From: Edaphobacter aggregans
GTDB lineage: Bacteria > Acidobacteriota > Terriglobia > Terriglobales > Acidobacteriaceae
Length of the DNA: 32,000 nt
Assembly (NCBI RefSeq): GCF_003945235.1
Contig: NZ_RSDW01000001.1
Span: 2,610,001-2,642,000 of the forward strand
Direction of reading: 5' to 3'
Shown piece by piece: positions 8,788-16,475 of this stretch. Under the pieces are notes generated by a model. It searched no databases. It was not told the origin of the DNA and saw only the letters and a list, made by a program, of their open reading frames with translations. Position 1 is the stretch's first letter. Each line of letters opens with the position of its first letter. The position numbers were made by a program, and so were the translations under genes.

Positions 8788-10222
8788 ATGGAATTAGTGA
8801 TACCACTTTCAAAGAAGGGCGAACCTCTCTTCCGGCAGGTCTACCTCGGCTTGCGGCAAGCCATTCTGTCTGGCGCCTTTCCTGCCGGGGCTCGACTCCC
8901 CTCGACGCGCGACCTCGCGGAACAACTCGGCATATCACGGACAGTCGTCCTTCTGGCTTATGACCAACTGCTGGCGGAAGGTTTTGCAACAGGTCGCGGG
9001 CGGTTCAGGAACCTATGTGTCCGAAGAATTGGGCGACAGCGCACCTGCGAGAGAAAAAAAATCGGCCAAGCTGCGGCTGTCGCGCTTCGGCTCGGCTGCT
9101 GTTGTCGGTGCAGCGTCTGTGGACTCTCCGAGGCGCAAATCTCCCCTGCTCCGCTACGATTTTGCCTATGGGCGAAGCGATACCGAGACGTTTCCCTTTG
9201 AGGTGTGGCGGCGCATCCTGCTGCGGCATACGCGAAATGCGCCGGTTCGCACATTTGACTACGGCCCGGCGATTGGAAGCCTCGAATTGCGCGAGGCCAT
9301 CTGTACGCATCTGCGCCGGTCTCGCGCGGTGGTCTGCGATCCGACGGAAGTGATTGTCGTTAACGGCTCGCAGCAAGCACTTGATCTCGTTGTGCGTGTG
9401 CTCGTGGATCGCGGTGACCGCGTGGCGATCGAGGACCCGCACTACAACGGCATACGAGAAGTGCTCCGCGTCGCCGGAGCTCAGTTGATGCCCGTACCAG
9501 TCGATCGCGACGGTTTGAATCCCGCTAAACTGCCAAAACATGCAAGCCTGGTCTTTGTAACGCCATCGCACCAGTTTCCTACTGGAGCTATCCTTCCGCT
9601 CGCCCGGCGTCTTGCACTCCTTGAATGGGCCAGGCGCAAAAATGCCGTGATTGTCGAGGATGACTACGATGGCGAGTTTCACTACGGAGGACGGCCCCTG
9701 GAGTCACTGCAAGGCCTCGACACGGATGGACGTATCGTCTACATCGGGACATTCTCGCGTACGGTGTTTCCGGCGCTCCGCATCGGTTATCTGATCGTGC
9801 CCAAGTCACTGGTGGCGGCATTCACAGCGGCCAAGTGGCTCAATGACTTACACTCTGCCACTCTTGAGCAGCAGACTCTTGCAGAATTTATTACAACTGG
9901 AATGTATGAACGCCATTTGCGTCGTCTTCGCCGCAGAAGCACAGCACGTCGTGCAGCACTACTCGACGCGATTCAAAAGAACCTGGGCGAACGTGTGGAA
10001 GTCACCGGCGATGGCTCTGGCGCCCATGTTGTACTGTGGCCTAAAAAGCGCATCTCCGAAGACGCCATCATCGCCTGCGCTGCATCGCTGGGAGTTGGGA
10101 TTTATGGGATATCCCATTGCTTCCTGACGCGATCCTCACGAACGGGACTCATGCTCGGATATGCACGACTGAATGAGAAAGAAATTCGAGAGGGTATCCG
10201 TTTGTTGAGCGAAATACTCTGA
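8788..10222 (+). pseudogene. MocR/PdxR-type regulator (GntR winged-HTH fused to a fold-type-I aminotransferase-like domain), interrupted by a frameshift near 8994-9003
   Basis: The HTH part (PLFRQVYLGLRQAILSGAFPAGARLPSTRDLAEQLGISRTVVLLAYDQLLAEGFATGR) is in frame 1. The expected continuation GGSGTYVSEEL..., the LRYDFAYGRSDTETFPFEVWRRIL motif and the whole aminotransferase-like domain are in frame 2. Confidence 0.7.
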
Positions 10223-10427
10223 ACCTCATCGGGTCATGAGCGCATGACACCACCCGGAGATCGACCCCACACCAAAACGCTTGCCTACAGCCGCTTCAAG
10301 CGATACCCTGATCAACACTTTCTGTTTGTGTGCCGGCTGAGGACGACCCCTCGACCAGTCTCGCTGGCAACAACTTGTCTGTCTTTTGGTTCCTCGGCCC
10401 CCAGCTCACAAGCATAAGGAGACACGC

Positions 10428-10796
10428 ATGGCGCGTCTGGCCAAGTTCGTGCTCGGCGATGGCAGTTCCATTGTCGCAGAAGTCGACGACGATTCCTTTG
10501 AATCGCCTCGTAGCGTCATGCGGGGCGGTGGGGTCGCCTCGCCCGAGTTCGTCGTCAAGGCCAATGAGACCTTCGACGCCGCACTCGACCGCGTCCGCTA
10601 CGCCGCCGAGACTATGCTCGACCGCCTCACTTCTCTCACGAGGCCGCCCGACGAGGTCGCCGTCGAATTCGGTGTCAAGCTCAACGCCGAGACCGGCGCC
10701 GTCATCGCCAAGGCCTCCACCGAGGCCAACTTCAAGATCAACCTCAAGTGGACCCGCGCCGCCAGCAACGCCTCGGCCCCCGCACCAAAGGAGTAG
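10428..10796 (+). CDS. Trypco1-like (trypsin/CHAT co-occurring domain 1; CU044_2847-like) small protein
   Basis: AAGGAG at 10416-10421 lies 6 nt before the ATG. 122 aa. The pattern V.GDGSSIVAEVDD...TFDAALDRVRYAAETMLDRL...PDEVAVEFGVKLNAETGAVIAKASTEANFKINLKWTR matches my recollection of this family. The stop is 2 nt before the CHAT gene start. Confidence 0.75.
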   Translation: MARLAKFVLGDGSSIVAEVDDDSFESPRSVMRGGGVASPEFVVKANETFDAALDRVRYAAETMLDRLTSLTRPPDEVAVEFGVKLNAETGAVIAKASTEANFKINLKWTRAASNASAPAPKE

Positions 10797-10798
10797 CC

Positions 10799-13654
10799 AT
10801 GCTCAGGCACTACGACGACTTCGAGCTGGTCATTCAAACCTCCGGTGAAACCTACATCATCCAGCTCCTCAACTCTCCCGCCGGACAGGCCAGCGGTGAG
10901 TTCGTCCCTCCCTTCACCCAGGTCGAGCTCTCCAACTTCTACAGCCGCATCGGCCAGATGCGCCGCAGCACTCGCCGCATCGACTCGCCTGACCTCGAAG
11001 CCGCAAAGAAATTCGGGCATCAGCTCTTCCATGCCGTCTTCACCGGCGAACTCCTCGGCCAACTTCGCACCAGCATGGATCGCTGCCACGAGCACGGCCG
11101 CGGCCTTCGCATCCGTCTCCGTCTCAAAGGCGTCCCCGCCCTCGCCGAACTACCGTGGGAGTTCCTCTACGACCTCGAGCAGGACCACTTCCTCGCGACC
11201 TCTACGCTCACCCCAATGGTCCGCTACCTCGACCTCCCGCAGAGCGTCCCCACTCTCCGCGTTCGCCCGCCCCTGCGCGTCCTGGTCGTACTTGCCGGCC
11301 CACGCAACCTCCCCGGCCTCGATGCGGAAGGCGAATGGGAGCGCCTCAAAACCTCGCTCGCTCCCCTCGAAGCCAACGGCGCTATCCTGCTCGAACGGCT
11401 CCCCACCGCCACGCTCGACTGCCTGCGCCGCCGCGCCCGTGGCGAGCCCTTCCACATCCTTCACTTCATCGGTCACGGCGGCTTTGACCAGACCGCAGGT
11501 GACGGCGTTCTTCACTTCGAAGACCCCAAGGGCATGTCCGATCCTGTCCCCGGCCAGCTCCTCGGCAACATCCTTCGCGACCATGACTGCCTCCGTCTCG
11601 CTGTCCTCAACGCCTGCGAAGGCGCGCGCCAGTCAGGCCAGGATCCCTTCTCCGGCGTAGCGCAAAGCCTTTGCCAGCAGCGCCTGCCCGCCGTCGTCGC
11701 CATGCAGTTCGAAATCAGCGACGACGCAGCCAAAACCTTCGCCGAAGAATTCTACGGAGCCATGGCCGACGGCCTACCCGTAGATGCCGCCGTCTCCGAG
11801 TCGCGCAAAGCACTCTTCAGCGGACGCTTCGGCCAAGAGTGGGCCACCCCCGTCCTCTACATGCGCTCCTCCAGCGGCGTCCTCTTCGAAGTCCAGCGCC
11901 GCGCCAAACCTGCCGCCGAACCGAAACCTGCGCCGGAACCCAAGCCCCAACCCATCGCCGGAGGAGTTGGAGTGGGAGATGCCGTGGGCGCCGCGCAGCC
12001 CGCCCCGCGCGTACAACCTCAGCCCGCTCCGCCGCCGCCCCCACCACCAGCGCCGCCTCCGCAGTTCCGGCCCGGCCCAACTCTCCTCGAGCAGGAGGCC
12101 GAACGACGTCGTCGCGAAGCCGAACGCATCAAGCAGGAGCGGGCACTCTTCGACCTCGAACAATCTCGTCTAAAAGACGAACGCCTGAAGGAAGAACAGC
12201 GTCTCAAAGAGGAACGCCGCCGCCGCGAGCAACTCCAGGCACAGCAACGCGCCGACGAGGAGCGCGTCCGACTCGCAGAAGCCAAGCGCCAGGCCGAAGA
12301 GCAGCGCCTCAAAGAAGAGCGCGCCCGATTCGAACAACAGCAAGCAAAACAGAAGGCCGAGGAGCAGCGTCTGCGTGAAGAACGCGCGCGTTTCGAGCAA
12401 CAGCAAGCAAAGTATGCCGAAGAACAAGGCCAGCGCGACGAGCAGCTCCGACGCGAACGCCAGGCCGCGACCTCAGCCGCAAAGATTCCGCCACCGGCGC
12501 CACCACCGCAGCCTCAACACTTCGTCGCCTCCGATGCCCCACCGAAGAAATCTCACCGGGCTCGCAACATCACACTTGGCATCCTCGGTGCCGTCGTGTC
12601 GATCTTCATCATCCTCTTGATCATCGGCCTCGTCGCCGACAAAAAATCCTCCACATCCTCCAACAGCGAGACACCCGAGCGTCATCTCCTCACCGGCGAC
12701 CAGGCCCTCTCCGCAGAAAACTACGACCAGGCGATCTCCGAGTACAATGCCGCCATCCTCCGGAACTCCGACTATGCCGATGCTCACTCCCACCTATGCA
12801 ACGCCATTGCCCTCAAAGGTGAAAACACCCCCAACCGAAAGGGCGACTACGACACTGCTGTAACCGAATGCGAAAAGGCCGTCCAGCTTGCTCCCAGCAG
12901 CGCTGAGGCCCACAGCAACCTCTGCAACGCCCTCGATGACCAGGAGTACTCGGCTCTCGATATGAAGGGCAACTTCGACCACGCCATCGCCGAATGCCGC
13001 CGCGCCATCCAGCTCAATCCCAACTACGCCGAGGCGTATAACAATCTCTGCAACGTTATCGGCAATCGCTCCGAACAGCGCATCGCTCATCCTAACGATC
13101 GCAACGAGGGCGTCGCCGCTTGCCGCAAAGCTATCGCCCTCAAGGCCGACTATGCCGAGCCCCACAAAAACCTTGCCGACTTCTTCCGGCAATCCGGCGA
13201 CGATGCGCAGGGGAAGGCGGATGCGGTCTCTGCCAACCGCTACTACCAGCAGGCCACTGCCGAGTACCGCAACGCCGTGACCATCAAACCCCGCTACCGC
13301 GAAGCCCAGACCGCGCTTGGCGCAATCCTTTATCAAACCAACGATCCTGACAACGCTATCCTCGAACTCAATAAAGCCGCCGAAATCGATCCTAACTATT
13401 ACGTGACCTTCTATTGGCTCGGCAACGTCTACCTTTACGAGAAGAAGAACTACAACCAGGCCACTGAGAACTTCCGAAAGTCATTGTCCCTCAAGCCCGA
13501 TCTCGACTTCGCCGAATACGGTCTCTCCGTCGCCCTTCGCGCCCAAGGCAACGCCGTCGAAGCCGATCAGCACCTCACCAGCGCCTACCGCCTCAACGAA
13601 AACGACAAGACCATCGCCGCCGACTACAAGAAGTACATCTCAGGCGAAAACTGA
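10799..13654 (+). CDS. Membrane-anchored CHAT-domain (caspase-fold) protease with polyPro / ER-K helix / polyPro stalk, one TM helix and a C-terminal TPR/Sel1-like repeat domain
   Basis: ATG 10799 is preceded by AAAGGAG (10787-10793). Dyad contexts are HILHFIGHGG (His codon 11474-11476) and LAVLNACEG (Cys codon 11615-11617). PolyPro tracts lie at about 12026-12062 and 12485-12517, with an E/R/K/Q-rich helix at about 12088-12466. The TM helix ITLGILGAVVSIFIILLIIGLVA is at 12569-12637, and TPR-like repeats span about 12680-13651. Confidence 0.9.
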   Translation: MLRHYDDFELVIQTSGETYIIQLLNSPAGQASGEFVPPFTQVELSNFYSRIGQMRRSTRRIDSPDLEAAKKFGHQLFHAVFTGELLGQLRTSMDRCHEHGRGLRIRLRLKGVPALAELPWEFLYDLEQDHFLATSTLTPMVRYLDLPQSVPTLRVRPPLRVLVVLAGPRNLPGLDAEGEWERLKTSLAPLEANGAILLERLPTATLDCLRRRARGEPFHILHFIGHGGFDQTAGDGVLHFEDPKGMSDPVPGQLLGNILRDHDCLRLAVLNACEGARQSGQDPFSGVAQSLCQQRLPAVVAMQFEISDDAAKTFAEEFYGAMADGLPVDAAVSESRKALFSGRFGQEWATPVLYMRSSSGVLFEVQRRAKPAAEPKPAPEPKPQPIAGGVGVGDAVGAAQPAPRVQPQPAPPPPPPPAPPPQFRPGPTLLEQEAERRRREAERIKQERALFDLEQSRLKDERLKEEQRLKEERRRREQLQAQQRADEERVRLAEAKRQAEEQRLKEERARFEQQQAKQKAEEQRLREERARFEQQQAKYAEEQGQRDEQLRRERQAATSAAKIPPPAPPPQPQHFVASDAPPKKSHRARNITLGILGAVVSIFIILLIIGLVADKKSSTSSNSETPERHLLTGDQALSAENYDQAISEYNAAILRNSDYADAHSHLCNAIALKGENTPNRKGDYDTAVTECEKAVQLAPSSAEAHSNLCNALDDQEYSALDMKGNFDHAIAECRRAIQLNPNYAEAYNNLCNVIGNRSEQRIAHPNDRNEGVAACRKAIALKADYAEPHKNLADFFRQSGDDAQGKADAVSANRYYQQATAEYRNAVTIKPRYREAQTALGAILYQTNDPDNAILELNKAAEIDPNYYVTFYWLGNVYLYEKKNYNQATENFRKSLSLKPDLDFAEYGLSVALRAQGNAVEADQHLTSAYRLNENDKTIAADYKKYISGEN
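12293..12418 (+). repeat. In-frame tandem duplication of 63 nt (2 x 21 codons) inside the charged-helix region
   Basis: Copy 1 (12293-12355) encodes AEEQRLKEERARFEQQQAKQK. Copy 2 (12356-12418) encodes AEEQRLREERARFEQQQAKYA. Many differences between the copies are synonymous. Confidence 0.85.
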
Positions 13655-13744
13655 AAGCCGAAAACGTCGAGATCAAACCAGCCCGAACATCTCTGTTGTT
13701 TCGTACTTATCAGCCTTTATCTCTTTGATCACCTACGCCGTTGT

Positions 13745-15451
13745 CTACTGCGTGCTGCCGGTCAAAAAGATCTGCTCCGGCTTAGCGGCAATCACCCGAT
13801 ACAACCCGAACTGGCGCGAGTTCTGCGCTCGCATCTCGAACAGCAGACTCGCTCGATTGCTGGCCTCCACATCCACTACATCCACCAGCCGCATCCACGG
13901 CGTGCGATCGAGATGGGCGGCATCCGTCACACTCTGGAGCGCCGGCTTCAGCTCGCCCAGCGCATCGGCCTGCGCAACCACCGTCACGTAGCGAAGATCC
14001 GCTCCCGTCCCCCCGGTATTCGCCGTGTAGACATAGGTTGCCGCCCCGCCATAGCTCAGCGTATACCCCTTCAACTCTTCATCCTGCAAAACTAGCGGAG
14101 CAGGAGCAACCTTGCCCGTCTTCCTTGCAGCAATCGTGCTCGTAGTCTTCGCCGCGGTCGTCGAACTCGGCTTCGGCGCAGGCGTCGTGCTCGCAGTCTT
14201 TGCCGGAATCCCCCGCTTCAACGTAGGAGGCCCGCTATCCGCACTAGCAGCCGTCGCCGTGGCAGCCGAAGTTGCAGTCGAAGGTGCAGCAGTCGAGGCT
14301 ACAGCCTTAGGTGCGGCTATTGCTCCACTCTTATATCCCGCCAGCAGAACCCGCGCGAACCCCTGCATCTTCGCCAACACTGCAGCCCGCTCCGCCGCAT
14401 CCTCCCACGGCCGCGCAAACTCATGCGGATCACGATTCGCCGCATCCGATACCGCGACCATCTGATGCATCGACGTCGGCAGCCCTGTCATCTTCGGCAG
14501 ATCATCATCCGTCGCCCCGGTCGTCGAACCTGCAGGTCTCCCATGATGTAAATTCGGCCGGTCAGGATCGTTGTTCAGCGACGGCGTCGAACCCACATCA
14601 CTCCCCACCTGCGAGCCCACATCCCCTGGCGACCTCCGCTTCAAAGTGGGCCTATCGGGATCATCAGAAGGCGCGCTCCCGCTCCCCTTCGACGACGCCG
14701 TATCCGACGTCGTGCTACCCGAGCCCGATCCCGTATCCGACGTATGGCGCTTCATCGTAGGGCGGTCAGGATCGTCCGCAGGCGGGCTCCCCGCATTCTT
14801 CGCCGAACTCGTATCTGTAGTCGAACTTCCTGAAGATGAACCCGTACTCGTATCCGAAGAACGCCGCTTCATCGTCGGCCTGTCCGGATCATCCGTAGAC
14901 GAACTCCCCGACCCCGCGGAACCAGCCGTCGAGCCCGAACCACTCCCGCCAGCCTGCACCGGATTCCCACTCTTGTCCGAAAGATGCGGCTTCGAATCCG
15001 ACGCAGAGCTCGTAATCACCGGCAGCGTCTTCGAGGCCCGCAGCGGAGCGCTCTTCCTCTGCATCACCGGAGGCTTATAGCTCCCATACCCAAACCACCC
15101 ATCGTCATACGCCGAAGCCCCCGTCGCATCGGTCGCCGAAACATGCCGAGCATACGCCAGATCCAAAAAACCCTTCGCGATGCCCGAATCCTGCAGTTCA
15201 TACACATTGCCGGTCTCCAGCGCGAACGGCACCGGCCGTGCCATGTACACACCCGCATCCTGCAACTCGCCGTCAATAAACAGCGTTACCGGAATCAACC
15301 GGCTCGCCCCAGGCTTGGCCAGATCCCCGGTCCACTCATACACCCCCACAGCCCGCACCACGTTCTCGGGCTTGGCGACCTTGTGGGTCTGTCCCCAGGC
15401 GCCACCGCACGCAACCACGACGACAATCAGACCAGCCAGAATCTTCCGCAT
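13745..15451 (-). CDS. Putative lipoprotein with folded N- and C-terminal domains and a long S/T/G/P-rich linker carrying repeated DPDRPT(M/L)KR motifs
   Basis: I prefer ATG 15451 (MRKILAGLIVVVVACGG, lipobox-like VVAC). The ORF is long and uninterrupted. No recognisable catalytic motif. Confidence 0.7.
   Translation of the reverse strand: MRKILAGLIVVVVACGGAWGQTHKVAKPENVVRAVGVYEWTGDLAKPGASRLIPVTLFIDGELQDAGVYMARPVPFALETGNVYELQDSGIAKGFLDLAYARHVSATDATGASAYDDGWFGYGSYKPPVMQRKSAPLRASKTLPVITSSASDSKPHLSDKSGNPVQAGGSGSGSTAGSAGSGSSSTDDPDRPTMKRRSSDTSTGSSSGSSTTDTSSAKNAGSPPADDPDRPTMKRHTSDTGSGSGSTTSDTASSKGSGSAPSDDPDRPTLKRRSPGDVGSQVGSDVGSTPSLNNDPDRPNLHHGRPAGSTTGATDDDLPKMTGLPTSMHQMVAVSDAANRDPHEFARPWEDAAERAAVLAKMQGFARVLLAGYKSGAIAAPKAVASTAAPSTATSAATATAASADSGPPTLKRGIPAKTASTTPAPKPSSTTAAKTTSTIAARKTGKVAPAPLVLQDEELKGYTLSYGGAATYVYTANTGGTGADLRYVTVVAQADALGELKPALQSVTDAAHLDRTPWMRLVDVVDVEASNRASLLFEMRAQNSRQFGLYRVIAAKPEQIFLTGSTQ
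14535..14900 (-). repeat. Four spaced coding repeats of the D(D/N)PDRP(T/N)(M/L)(K/H)(R/H) motif, period about 93-115 nt
   Basis: Motif copies lie at about 14862-14893, 14747-14777, 14634-14666 and 14541-14575 (plus-strand coordinates). A degenerate copy, GPPTLKRGIP, lies at about 14204-14234. Confidence 0.6.
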
Positions 15452-15555
15452 ATCGTCCATCACGATCTTAGACGCTCTCCACCCCCCAAAGTCCACCCCC
15501 CTAAGCCATAGGATCTAAGCCCGCTACTCCCTACTCCCTGCATTACCATTCCTCC

Positions 15556-16383
15556 ATGCCCCATCCGCTCCTAGAAGTCGACAACCTCACCATCGCCTTC
15601 CCCCACCAGACCGCTGTCGACGGAATCTCGTTCCAAATCAATCCCGGCGAAACCCTCGGCCTCGTGGGCGAATCCGGCTCCGGCAAATCCGCCACCTCCC
15701 TCGCGATCCTCCGTCTTCTGCCCCCGACAGCTAACATCACAGGCTCCATCATCTTCGACGGCCAGCCGCTCCTCACCCTCCCCGAGCCAGCCATGCGCCG
15801 CCACCGAGGCCGCAGCATCGCCATGATCTTCCAGGAGCCCATGACCGCTCTCAACCCCGTCATGCCTGTAGGCGCCCAGATCGCCGAAGCCCTCATTGCC
15901 CATAATGACGGCATCCACCACCCCGAACTCTCCCGACGAGCCATACGCGAAAAAGTCCTCGCCGCCATGCACGAGGTCGCCCTCCCCGAACCCGAGCGGC
16001 GCCTCCACGACTACCCCCACCAATTCTCCGGAGGCCAGCGTCAGCGCATCCTCATCGCCATGGCCATCATCAACCGCCCCCGCCTCCTCATCGCCGACGA
16101 GCCAACCACCGCACTCGACGTCACCGTCCAGGCCCAGATCCTCGCCCTCCTCAACGACCTCCGCCGCACCCGCGGCCTCTCCATGCTCTTCATCTCACAC
16201 GACCTCGCCGTCGTCTCCCAGGTAGCCGACCGCGTCGCCGTCATGCAGCACGGCCACATCGTCGAGCAGGCCCCCACCCACCAACTCTTCCACTCCCCAC
16301 AACACCCGTACACGCGGAAACTCCTCGCCTCCGCCCCCACCATGCAAACCGACCGCACCCAACCCCTCGCCACCCTCGCATAA
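15556..16383 (+). CDS. ABC transporter ATP-binding protein, oligopeptide/dipeptide (DppD/OppD) type
   Basis: Walker A GESGSGKS, signature FSGGQRQR, Walker B LLIADEPTTALD, and the C-terminal Opp-type tail HPYTRKLL. Confidence 0.9.
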   Translation: MPHPLLEVDNLTIAFPHQTAVDGISFQINPGETLGLVGESGSGKSATSLAILRLLPPTANITGSIIFDGQPLLTLPEPAMRRHRGRSIAMIFQEPMTALNPVMPVGAQIAEALIAHNDGIHHPELSRRAIREKVLAAMHEVALPEPERRLHDYPHQFSGGQRQRILIAMAIINRPRLLIADEPTTALDVTVQAQILALLNDLRRTRGLSMLFISHDLAVVSQVADRVAVMQHGHIVEQAPTHQLFHSPQHPYTRKLLASAPTMQTDRTQPLATLA

Positions 16384-16475
16384 CCTTCGCGAAATAAATT
16401 GTTCGACCGCCCAGCAGGCAATAGAACCGACGGTCCCGAGCGCATAACGGGGAAATCCGAACGGTTATAAGTAAA

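Noticed and set aside
10232-10248. Short hairpin GTCATG-AGCG-CATGAC after the MocR-type gene, a possible terminator
   Set aside because: It has only a 6-bp stem and no T-tract, which is too weak to annotate.
10845-12378. Alternative-frame plus-strand ORFs (10845-11660, 11671-12378) rich in Ser/Pro/Arg
   Set aside because: They lie inside the CHAT gene, whose own frame has catalytic and domain motifs. The alternative frames are Arg/Pro/Ser low complexity typical of off-frame GC-rich translation.
12088-12466. Repetitive DNA that could be mistaken for a CRISPR-like or satellite array
   Set aside because: The repeats are in-frame codon repeats encoding E/R/K/Q heptad-like sequence within a continuous ORF. 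There is no repeat-spacer organisation.
13320-13500. Locally lower GC at the 3' end of the CHAT gene, a possible recombination or mosaic junction
   Set aside because: The drop coincides with Asn/Tyr/Lys-rich TPR residues, and GC returns to about 70% before the stop. Amino-acid composition explains it, not foreign origin.
14989-15000. TTCGAATCC-like string resembling a tRNA T-loop
   Set aside because: It lies inside the lipoprotein CDS, and no acceptor, D or anticodon stems can be drawn around it.
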